DNA of 64,000 nt from Nageia nagi (lineage: Eukaryota > Plantae > Pinophyta), in contig JBITNC010000002.1 of the NCBI GenBank assembly GCA_050084985.1, positions 20,212,001 through 20,276,000 on the forward strand. Reading direction: 5' to 3'. The notes under the pieces are model-generated. The model saw only the letters and a program-made list of their open reading frames with translations, was not told where the DNA came from and ran no database searches. Below, piece by piece: positions 52,707 to 64,000 of this stretch. The translations under genes were made by a program, and so were the position numbers. Position 1 is the first letter of the stretch. The number at the start of each line of letters is the position of its first letter.

Positions 52707-53299
52707 CTGCATGATTGAAGTTGCGAACTCAAAGGTATATATTATATATTTGAGATAACATTCAAAATTCCTAAATTTTTACAATTATTCAAAAGTAATC
52801 ATGAAAAAAATGAAATGAGTACAAGATGGAAACATTTATGCACATCAACATTAGACAAAAACATATGGCTTTAGAAGTGTCATAATACTTTGATCACACA
52901 TTATAAAAGGCTTATCAGGAGGAAGAATAAAAAAGACTTCCACACCCAACGAATAAGGCATTTTGGTATTCTTTAATTATTGTTCTTCTTTGGAATTGGA
53001 TTCTCAATTTCACTGGCAAAAATTCTTGGAAGGCATCAAAATGGAGTCAACAAAAGCTCATTGTAGTGATTTGAGCACTTCTAGTCCAAATAGAAGTCTC
53101 CTATTCAAATAAATAAGCTTCTATATTTAAGCTTAAACTTTTCTATATGTTGGCATCAGCAAGTTGTCCAAAAGTTTAAGCTAAGTTCAAAGAAGAAAGA
53201 GTTCAACATGCCAAGGCCCTCAATATTAGGGTTCATGGGCTGCCCAAACCAATGGATTCACTTCAAGCAAGGAACACCTTCATTCAGGAAACTCTTGGG

Positions 53300-54870
53300 T
53301 TGATGGGCATCACTCTAGAGAAAGTTGGGTCTCTTTCGACTCTATACTAGTCATACACTTAAAGAATGTTCAAGAGCGTATGAAGGCTTTAAGAACCAAA
53401 AGGAAACTCTTTGGTCTCCAAAGCAAGATCTTACATGCCTAAACGAGGACGAGTTACGAAAAGCCAAAGAACATATTGCAGCAGCCAAAAGAATAACAAA
53501 TGAGCAATAATTTGCAATTTACACGCAATCATCAGAGACTCCCCCTTAGGTGGTCCAAGCCCTTACCTCCTAAATGACTCTCTCAGCAGGAGAAAGGGGG
53601 GACCAAGGAGCTTACTATAGCTTATTAGAATTGTAACAATATGATGTAGTCTACCCCAACTCTCTTGCAGACATGATCACAACACATGATATTATACTTG
53701 TATGTGAGACACACAAAAGCCCCTAGTGAACCCTACCATATATCACTCGTTACTTTTGGTGGTCCAGTTTTCGACAAACTACACACCATTTCAAGGGTGG
53801 CAAAGGATCATAAGGAATTATTATACTTATTCGGGATATAATTCAAGGCTCAATGATACTTAATCTTCAAATCTCCGCTTCAAATTTTTGTGTATTAAAT
53901 TCCATCGTTGCCTACCACTTCGGGATGTCTTCATTCTCATTTGCTACTTCCCCTAGCCATGTCCAACTTTGCTATCCACACTAATGGGGATCCTTAACAA
54001 GATCTTTATGAAGACATCACCAGGCATGCAACTACAGGAGAGGCATTGTTATTAGGGGAATTTCCCTCTCCATGATCTCATAAAGGACGAAATGCAAAAT
54101 CGAGAACTAGACCTTCAAGATCTTAGCTTAGTTAGAACCTTTGTTGACTCATAGGTTATAGCTTACAAGAAGCATCTTCTAGAATTTGGAAAATTCCAAT
54201 AGGCTCATTATTCTCAATGGATTATCTTGTTTTTCAAACTCTAGAGGGTTCATTTGCTTCACTCATAGTGGTGGAGCAAGTGTCATGGATTACGCTCTTT
54301 GTTCTACCACCCTCATCCTATCCATCTCCCACTTTAGTGTCTTTGATCACTCTCCCTCCTAATTGATCACTTTGTACTCTCACTACCTCCATCGTCATTA
54401 CCCCTAGTACTCCACCACCCTTCTACACTCACTCCTCCCGGGTCACTATGGAATCTAACTACAGCTACTCCCCTGCCTACAAGGATAGTTTGTGCTAGAT
54501 TCTTCTTAGACTTTCATCCCTTTCTACATCATTGACTGCTCTACCTACATAGTCCAAGCAATTTAGAGGGTTGCGATGGACTCTTACCCTCACACCATCC
54601 ATCCCCCTCCCTACCTACTCCCCCCCGATTGTTGTCCCATAAATGCCTAGTATGATGAGGACTATAAATTTGCCCACCAAAAATTTAAACACACCATCTA
54701 GTTCTCTCCTTAGGTTACAACCACCTCCTGTAAGGAATACAAGTTTCTCCTTCGGAAGAGGCTCTCTACCATCTTCAATTCCATCTTTAAGGGTAGGAAA
54801 TAGATATTGCCACCTCATGCTTCTACTTGGGGATTCGTTTCATTGAACCCATTTTTGGGATTAAGGGTGG
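53300..54870 (+). mobile_element. Degenerate LINE, 5' part (possible ORF1 end and APE endonuclease)
   Basis: LLLGEF (GDFN-like) near 54046-54063, GASVMDYALCS near 54272-54305 and a DH motif near 54364. Confidence 0.5.
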
Positions 54871-55671
54871 ACTTGTAATGACCCTATTTTCGATAATATC
54901 TTGTATTTGGGATTTTCCACAAATCTCTTCTTCTACAAGTCAGATATGGTCGTTGCACCTTCAGAATTGGATAGAGCATCTCGTGGTATTTGTTTCAAGT
55001 GGTCACACAACCCCTTTTGGACAAGAAACGAATGAGTTATGGCTACTTGATGTTCACCAATGGTACCAATTTTCCATATCGCGCCCACACACAAAAATCC
55101 ACTTAACTTAGTGGATTTCTACTTAAAAGTGCAACGTTGGATTATAATAAGCTTTTATGTTATTCTAATGTTATTTTAAGTACTTTTATTTGTAATAAAG
55201 CCAATCAATGGCTTAGATTAGCTTAGAGGGGCCAATGCAAGATTAGGGTTGGAGTCTATATAAGGAGATACAACACTCTATTTTGGGCATGTTATTGATA
55301 TTATTGAAATTGAAATATGAAACCCTTGAGTTTCTTTGAGTGAAGATTGAAGGTCTTGCTCACCCCAAAGTGCATTAAAGGTGCATGGTTGGGATCTTTG
55401 GCAATTTCATTGAAGGTGTGATTGCCCTAAAAACACAAAAATACAAAAATAGTCCCAAGGAGATTTGTGGCATTTTGGGGGTGTTATATCTGCATTTTGA
55501 TGTTATTTTGTGAATGCCCTTGGTTATTCCAGCACATGTATTGTCTTGCAATATTTTAATATATTCTCTTGGCTGGTTATTACTCATTTTTGGGTTTCTT
55601 TTAAGTAATATTTCAGTTATGTATTTTTTTTTATACTTGTATTTTTGTAATTTCGTTTTTTGGGACATTAC

Positions 55672-58600
55672 TCATATCCCGTCATCACCAAACTGAAGGT
55701 CTTCACGCAAGAAGTGAGTAGAACTAGAATCCTGGCAATGATCAAGTACTTGCAAACATGGAAACAAAAGTGAGAGTGAATAGATGGAGCCCATGCTCCC
55801 AATAAGAACCCATTCTCCACTCCACACCATTTCAGCTTCCCCAGCTGAAATCTGTACACACCAAAATCCTTCCTCTCCCCACGTCATGCCACAAATTGCT
55901 CCCTGACTCATCAACATCCAAGTTCCACCCCCTATATGCATGAGAAAGTGGGTGAGCCTTGCTAAACCCCAATCCTCATGTCAGAAACTCCTCCAAATCC
56001 ACGTGGGGTAAGCCAACACACCAATGCTCCATATAATGAGTCCTCCTCCCTCCAGGACTAACGTGTGGTGCTCCTCCTCTAGGCAACCTTTCAAGGCATG
56101 GCTGACTACCCAATACCACAACGTGGCATCACTAGCCTCCTCATGACCTAACATTGCCATCCCAACCCCAAACACCTCCAACGTGGGGTCTCCAACCTTC
56201 TCACGGTCCTTGGTAGCAATGCAAGTCTCCTCAGTACCCAACATTGGTACATAAGCATCTAATGTGCACAACGTGCATCCCCTAGCTCCTCCTAAGTCCT
56301 CTGAATGTTGCGAGTTCCATTCTTCGACCTCCTCCTCTTGGAACCATTCAATCATCTCCAGCCTCTTGTTGTCCACCTATGGGCAATCATCTCTAATTCC
56401 CTGCAGTGTGTGAGTTTTGCCGTCAATCTCAAAACTCATGGTGAGCTTCTGGTAATTCATGTGGATGACCCAAGATCAAACAACCATTGCACACCCAAGA
56501 TGATATGTGGATGACCCTTGAGTCGGTAAAGGTAGAAATCCTCCCGTACCACACAACTCTGCAACCTTATGCCAAACTGCTCCACAATATGGTCAACCAA
56601 AGTGAGTTTCACATTAGCATTGGAAACTGTAAACCCTTTGAATGCCTTGGTCCTCATTCCCTTCTTCTCCACAAAAGCATCATCAATGAAATTGTGTGAA
56701 GCACCCGGATCTATCAAGACCATGAATTCTTGGCCTCCCACCTATCCAACCACCTACAAGGTCAAGTACTTCTTCACTCCATGCAAAGAGGCAATCATGC
56801 TCCCAAGCGTACTTGCCACTCTAGGTGATCCTATTCCTACTATACCAGCTCCCAACTCTAAGTTAGAATCTTCCAATCCTTCTTCCGAATACACTTCAAT
56901 GTAATACGCCTGCCCATTCCCCAGGCAACAGTTTCCAGGCTTCCAAGTCTTCTTGCAAGAGAAGCACTTGCCTTCCTCCCTTAACCTCCTGCGTGTGGTT
57001 GAGTCCAACTGCTCTGGCTTGGACGGAGGTGCTACCTTGGCCTTGCTAGGCCCTTCTATAGGCGGTCTCCGATTGATGAACCCTTTGGATCTGAGTCCTC
57101 CCTTGAGGGACTTCATCGTGGGTTCCAAGTCAGAGGCTTCCCGAATCGCAATATCTAGGCTCTTTGGAGAAGACACTTTCACCATCCCTCTAAGCAGCTC
57201 TTCTAATCCCTCAACAAAGATGAAAACCAGCTGTCCCTTAGGTAAATGGTGAGTCATTACGGCCAACCATTGGAACTCCGTTACAAATTCGTCCACACTA
57301 CCTAATTCTCTCAATGTAGTGAGATCTCGGAAGTAGTCATCCTCCCTCTTCCGGTCAAACCTCTTTGCCACCCTCCTATCAAACTCATTGAAAGTGGTGA
57401 TGAGAGAGTACCCCTGACTCACCATCCCATGTCGCCACCACTCCAACGCATCACCCTCCAAGTATAGTGATGCAAAATGCACCTTATCCTCTTCAACCAT
57501 GCTAGGGTTTAGAGTAAAATATGTTTGCAACTAGTGCAACCATGCCTTAGCCATCATCTTCACCCCATCAAACATCGGGATCTGCATCTTGTTGATCTTA
57601 TACTGTAGATCTTGCCTCTCATATCCTGTAGGCCTGGCATGTTGCGACCAGTGGGAATTTCCCCCTTTCAATCCCAACAACTCCAAGTATCCATTGAAAT
57701 TGATGTCTTGCCTCAGCCTCGGATCCAGCTGTGAATATTCCTTGAAAAGCTGCTTCAGCCTCAACGGACTAGGGACCCCATCTTTGGTCACCTCCTTAGT
57801 CTTTTGTGTGAACATAGGCTTGGTCAGCCTAGGTATGATCAGTTGCTCCTCCATTCGATCCACATTCTCTTCAAGTACCTCCCTAGGTGAGGGTTAGTAC
57901 CTTGGGTTGCCCGATAGGAGTGGGATCTCATCAATTTTGGCTCCAGTTGCTCCATCGAGCCCATATGAGTGGACTCTCTATCCCTCACACTCCGAGATCT
58001 CCTCACACTCCGCTCCAATTCCTCTCCATCTTCTTCCCATGCGTCCTCATGGCCTTCCTGACCAACACGTTGGCCCTCCTTGCCTCTCCTGACCAGACGT
58101 GGGGCATGTGGGTCATTTCTCACCTATCATGGGCTATCCTCCTACTCCCAACGTGGATGCTCCTCATCCCTCCTGGTCCATCGCGGTGTCTCCCTCTCAC
58201 CCCGATCTTGTCGCACACCTCCCGGATTTGGCCTAGCATGGCATTGTGGTTCCCTCTCATCCTCAGAACCATCCTTACGCCGTCCTAGTTGTCTCTGCAT
58301 GGCCAGTACAGCTCTGGTCATAGTGTTGATGGTAGAGATTAACTCCTCAAATCTTCGTTCCGGGGTGGAGCCCCGAATGGGCGTTGCATTCCGCCTCTCT
58401 CCAGATTTAGGTCTCTCCTTCGACACCTCGTGAGCCATCCTCTCTCCTCTAATCAGCTCCATCTCAGATAGATCCACTGCCCATGATCTTGGCTTCTCTG
58501 TGGATCTTTGTTTGCTTCCAACCACTTCGTGAGCCTCCCTCTCGTCTCCAGAAGGCTCTCTCTCCAACGCCTCTTCGTCCATCAATCTGCCGCTTTTCCT

Positions 58601-59838
58601 AGCGGATGCCATCTCCCTTCTTGCGCTAGATCTGGTGTAATACTAGTGAATCTTGGGTTTCATCCACAAGTTGCCTAGATCCAGGCCTTGATACCATTGT
58701 GATATTCCAAATGAACACTCGTGCCAAATTAGCCAACGAGGCTCAGCTAGGGGTTCCCAAACCCCCAACTACACAACCACCACTCAACGTTGGCCCTCTA
58801 GGGCCAAACACACTCCCAAGGTTGACATCATCCCTCCTAAGATCTCAATGAGACAACAGGTCCAACGAATGCTCACAATGACAATTATGCAACCCTACAA
58901 CATCAATAGACCATATGTACTAGAAACCCAACATTAACAGGGTCTAAACCCAAACACATGCACAAGTACACCAATTGCACAACACAGTAAGACAATGGAT
59001 TTTATTGATGATCTCCCAAATGTGCCCTAAGGCCAATACAATGATAGCTAATCACAATGTCACCCCAATCAAAACCATGGGATAGACAAACCCCTCAGAA
59101 CTCAGATCCACTCCTGCGAAGGAGTCTCCTCAAATCCTGGTAAACCACTAAAGGTAGGGATTGGCCCTCAAATGCCATCAGATGGGTTAGATGCTCCACC
59201 TAACCGTAGATGTTCGGGATCCCTCATCCCTAACACCCTCTAGACGCTCCGCCTAGGAAGATACACTCAGCACCGTCAAGCTTGACTAGTTACACAGGCC
59301 AATAGTAGCAATAAGCAATAATCAATAATTCCCCCTGCAAATGAGCTCCCATCAAGTATTTATAAGCTCCAGTCAAATAGTCCACCTCGGAATCACCATA
59401 AGACCTATTCCAACGTTGGGCATTTGGAGTGGCCCAGTGACTTAATGCACCATCTCGAAGTGACAATGCAGGAATATAAGCCATAAGTGCCAACATGGGG
59501 CCCCAGTCACTCCTGCAATCCAACATGGGGTTCTTGAAAGCCTACTAAGTCAACGTGGGGGTGTGGGGGCCCTTCCAGAGGTGATGCTAGCATGATGTCT
59601 AGTCTGGAATGCTATAGCTCATCGGGATTCCCACAATTCAAGATCTCCAACCTACTAAACATCAACATGACTCCTTAAGAGAGAGACATCCCACTAGGGG
59701 CTCATAGGTGGGGTCCACATGACCCAGTATGTCTCTTGTCTTAAGCTACAACATGAACATGGCTACATACAAGGGATATCTCTAAGATATCTACTTGACA
59801 AATACAAATCAGCACTAAAGTACAAAAGGGATATCACA
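55672..59838 (-). mobile_element. 3'-truncated Ty3/gypsy-type element: 5' LTR, PBS, gag, protease, unknown ORF; no RT
   Basis: LTR 58698-59838 (TGTGATAT...ATATCACA) and PBS TGGTATCAAGGC at 58696-58685. gag: KMQIPMFDG...LEGDALEWW...GSVDEFVTEF...CFSCKKTWKPGNCC. Protease: LIDPGASHNFI...IILGVQWL. Confidence 0.88.
56457..58612 (-). pseudogene. gag-protease polyprotein remnant
   Basis: ORFs 58142-58612, 57839-58123, 57531-57863, 56754-57530 and 56457-56741, with Ty3 capsid, zinc knuckle and retropepsin motifs. Confidence 0.88.
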
Positions 59839-59991
59839 CCTTGGTTATTCCAAGGCATGTATTGTCTTGCAATATTATAATATATTCTCTTGGCTGGTTA
59901 TTACTCATTTCTGGGTGTCTTTTGAGTAATATTTCAATTCTGTATTTTTTCTATACTTGTATTTCTGTAATTTTGTTTTTGGGACATCACA

Positions 59992-61450
59992 TTGTCACCC
60001 AAGCCCAAGTTTGTAAGGGGTATGCAACCCTTCCTCTACTCAAATAGAGTTGTTTTAGAATACATTTTAAAGATATTTCAATCAAGATGAAAATCTTTAA
60101 GGCTTTGGTCAAGCCAACTATGACATCAAAGATTTGGGGACCTAGCCTTGGACCAATTGAATGGTCTCACGTTGAGTAGATATAGACACTTTTTCTTAAA
60201 AGATTCATTCAATGAAAAAGTGCAATTCCTCAATCCATTATTTTAACAAAGTTTGGGGCCTCCATCCTCCAACTCAAGATCATCTTTAGGATCACCACCT
60301 ATCTGCATAAGGTCTACAAATGGTACTCATACCTAGCTTTACGCTCCTTAATGGAATTAAGCATAAAGTCCTTAGGGGGACAGAGAGGCTAGTATTCACA
60401 CTTTTGGCTAGCACTCATATACATATTCATAAGCTCCCTACTTACAGATTTTCTTTGGGAGGCTCTGCTCACCTTCTACCCCAAAATAAGGAAAAGATAC
60501 TCAACGAGATTCAGAAGGACATTGGTATCCTATACATCAACTACATAAGGATCTCCCATGCCACCCCTCTCTCCCCCAAGCTGTTTTTTTATCATGAGCA
60601 CTTTTTGCAGATACAAGACAAATGTGTAGTTCCTCACATGACCTTTAGTCATTTATAATGCATAGCCTACGAATCCCAATCGAATAGATCAAGGTGTGCT
60701 CCCATCAACTTTGTGCTAAGTCGGATCACCACTTACTGAGGGAGGAGAGGATCTATCTACTTTTCCCTTTGATGGAAGTGGAAACCCTAGACCACTTTAT
60801 TATTCGATGTCCTATCTACGATGAGATATTAGGGAGACTTCACTACCTATTAAAAGACAATCTGCAATCTCTATCCATCGTCTTTAGATATTCAAATCAA
60901 TGATGTCTTGCACTATACATTAAGGAGTCGACGCAACTTTGTCAACAAAAAAAGCCATTCTTTGACAGCTCTCAACCTTCACACTCCCAACCCATCACGA
61001 CATACTTCACCAATACAGATGAACAAAGAGGGAGTATAAGATGAAAATGTAATTCATCATACCGCAAAAACAAAGACAGGGCTATTAGATAGTGCAACCA
61101 CGTGCCTTTGGGATTTCAGAGGAGCAATGGGCAGAGATAGGTCATTGACTGTCTCAGCAAGGATTCTTCAGCTTTGATAATTAGGAGATTAGGTTTTAGG
61201 GTAGAGGTGAGCAATCATCAGGGCCACCCCTCTCACTCTTCATCCTTCTTAAGAGCACTATGCACAACTTGGTCGAGCTATATATCAGAGCCTCTCTATC
61301 TCCTTTGATTTTCTTTTTACTCTCTTCGGCTTACAAGTCGTAACATTGTATTTACCCTTGTTTATTTCCTTTTGTTGGGCATGTTTACCCTTTCAATTGT
61401 TGTCTTTTCGATGTCTTTTTCATAGTACCTTGTCATATTTAGTCCATTCT
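59992..61450 (+). mobile_element. Degenerate LINE, 3' part (post-RT region and C-terminal Cys/His motif)
   Basis: KALVKPTM near 60098-60121, and SHQL....R.ERI......EVETLDHFIIRCPIYDEI in ORF 60694-60903. It probably continues the 53300-54870 fragment. Confidence 0.5.
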
Positions 61451-61499
61451 AGACATTAATATTATTAATTTCATTTCTCACTATAATGACATCATCTGC

Positions 61500-64000
61500 T
61501 CACAAGCCACAATTGTTGCCCGTCCAAAAGATTTATAATGGTTCAAAACATCCAGAGAAGATTGGAGTTTTTATAAAAGAAGCTTATATCACTCGGTCCA
61601 AAAGTCACAACCATTCTTTGATCAAAACAAATCTAACGATATGGGACATCAAGGGGAGAGAAAGTTTTTCAAAGAATGTTCAACTTTTTATAAAAGATGT
61701 TGATGTCACCTCCTCCAAAAGGCATGTTTGTTGTCTAATGAATAGAAATCTAGCAATCTAGAATATCAAGAGATAAAGCTTTTCAAAGAAGGCCAAAGCT
61801 TTTACAAAAGATGTTGACATCATTCATTTCAAAACTCATGATTGGCATCCATTCAAGTGAGATCCAATAAATAGTAAGTATAGCTCTCTTTCACTAGGGA
61901 TACAAACAATACATTATTCATAGAATGGTTATGAGTAATTTCTGCAAACATTGTAGCTCATGAGAATATATTTATGAGGTGCTTTGGGCTTTGTAACTGC
62001 CTCTAGCTTCCCATTTGGTGCAAATTGTCACTTGTAAAGACATGGTCTCCAAAAATCAATGCTACGAAGGGCTACCAAAAAAATTCTCCCATTGTGAACA
62101 CCTCTCTCTTGGATGAAACTACTTGAAGTCAACAAATACATGTATTAATCCTCTACTTGAAAAACATGTGTTTTAATATGTTTGAAATATTGACCACTCC
62201 TGAATTGAAGATTTGTTTCGGGATTTGGAAAAGAAAATCAAGTAAAACATTTGCATTCGTAGAGTCTAGTTGTTTCTCGAGGGCAAACAGGTACAAATAG
62301 ATTTATGTTGTTAGAATTACAAAGGCAAAAAGGTATTGTCTACCAAAAACAAGATTTACTCTTACCTTTGTTTGCATTTTGACCTATATCTTATTGACTA
62401 GCAATCATTTTCTGATGTTCTTAATTTCTCTATAAGGTAGACTCAACAAGTGTTCTTATTAGTGGCTGCATGATAGGCTTTGCTAAGGTCTGTTTTTGAA
62501 TGTTGAAATTTTAATCAATTTCATGAGCTTAATTTGGTGAAGGCTAAAAATGCTAGCAAGTCTTTTAGAAACCTTCAAAGCCCCATTAGTTGGTCGTTTA
62601 TATCCAAAATTGTCGTATGATCACTTTTCTAAAAGGCTAAGGGGGTGTTGCAGACACTTTTGTGAACTCCATTTTGGCATTGGTGTTTAATACACGTTTT
62701 TGAGACAAGATTACTTACCAAGTCCTACCATCTTTATTTTTATTTAGTCAAATAACAAGTTATTTTTTGGGTGCATTATCAGTAATACTTGACACCCCTA
62801 TAAAATTTCTTTAGAGAAAATTGGCATCATCTTTGATGCCATGGGAAAAAGCACTCGTACCAAAAAGCTGAAGCAAAATGAAGTATTGAGAGATACATCT
62901 TCCTACCTCCACGATGAAAATCACACGCTAAAGGTGTGACCAACTTCAAAGAAAACTTTAATAGCATAAGAGTTTATTAATTGCGCAAAGTTTCAATACA
63001 TACAAGAATAAATGGAGAGAATTCAATATCACTCTTAAACTAGAAGTTCAAAGGCGAAGAAAGAAAATATATTCATGTCCATGGATGACCAAAATAGATC
63101 AATGGGGCTCAAAGGTACATCCAACTAGAAAGAAAAAGTGCTATGGTTTGAGAACCATAGGGACTGAGATTATAATAACTACAAAAATTCGAAACTATCA
63201 TCAGAAGAGAGGCCAGTGATAAATTTGATAACGTCAAAAAAGCTTGTTTAGTAATGTCACATGTTCAGGAATATGGAATTGGCAACCTCATCATCCACCA
63301 CTATGAAAGGGCCAATGGTAGATCTGATCACATCCAAAAACAGTTGCTTAGAGCTAAGAAGACCATATTGGGTCTACCTATAATCTCTCCTAACATCCAA
63401 GGCCAATGGATCCCTTGTATTAGAAAGGAAGTTGGTGATGCACAATTGTCTTTCCTAACATCCAAGACAAATATCATAATGCATTAATTGGAGCGGGTAT
63501 GAAGCCCTCCATGCTCTTCCTCTAGAAACCTCTCTAGCATGCTTGCCTTTAGAACAACCCTCACAAACCACAAACTCTATTGTGGTCATCAACTTTGGCC
63601 ATACCATAAACTAACTCTTGTGAAGTCAATAACCTCAAATTTTGAAAATTCAATTGGTCATACCTTAAGTGCCACAACTAAATTTTAACTTCAATAGCAA
63701 CATTTTAAAATAAGCTCTCTTGAACTCCAAACTTCAAAGAGAACCATCCTATTGCTTGACATGGGAACAATGGTGGCAACTCTATTCCCATGATTCTTGT
63801 CATAAATGATTCATTGCTTGTCATCAAAAACAACTTAATAGTTTCATTCACAAAGTTGCCATACACTCAACAAATTACACTTAAGATCAGATGTATAATA
63901 AATATCTTGAATGTGCTTCTTATGTTCCTTTGTATTCACTTCCATCACACCTTTGGTTGTCACTTCCAAAGACTTGTTATCACTAGGCTTGATCTTGGTC
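61500..64000 (-). mobile_element. Highly degenerate L1-type LINE ORF2 remnant
   Basis: Weak minus-strand remnants resemble RGVRQGDPLSP (near 62070-62112) and RPIxLCN (near 62315-62345). Many stops. Confidence 0.3.

Larger units (their letters stand above)
54874..59991 (+). mobile_element. LTR sequence (54874-55671) whose terminal 150 bp or so recurs at 59839-59991, enclosing a nested element
   Basis: Start TGTAATGACCC and end GGGACATCACA. 55518-55671 matches 59839-59991. No matching TSD was found. Confidence 0.6.

Noticed and set aside
62366-62383. Possible 18-nt minus-strand micro-exon (TAG|GTCAAAATGCAAACAAAG|GTAAG) for the FIP2-like gene
   Set aside because: It lacks a polypyrimidine tract, the peptide (QNANK) does not match the expected ..SANLQ, and it lies in decayed LINE-like sequence. 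RNA-seq would be needed.

Overview
This is eukaryotic, AT-rich plant DNA dominated by nested and decayed retrotransposons. The element types and the multi-kb introns suggest a large-genome plant, probably a gymnosperm (inference). There is one host gene: four short minus-strand 3' exons (52706-52648, 38088-38029, 34988-34908, 28283-28230) of a FIP2/KCTD9-like pentapeptide-repeat protein, separated by TE-filled introns of 3 to 14.6 kb, with its 5' exons probably beyond 64000. At 1-5980 is the 3' part of an Ogre/Tat-like Ty3/gypsy element. It carries an antisense, intron-containing Plant Mobile Domain (PMD) pseudogene and tandem arrays. At 7110-25824 is a four-level nest: an old Copia, then a gag-protease-only Gypsy (TSD CTCTT), then a minimal LTR element (TSD TTTGA), then a 5'-truncated young Copia whose junction contains inverted templated filler. 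A further gag-protease element sits in the Gypsy interior. Two patterns stand out. Several insertions are flanked by long direct duplications (11, about 150, 280 and 720 bp) rather than 5-bp TSDs, and there are multi-kb TG..CA units that carry ORF remnants inside. No rRNA, tRNA or CRISPR features were seen. All comparisons were made by eye.
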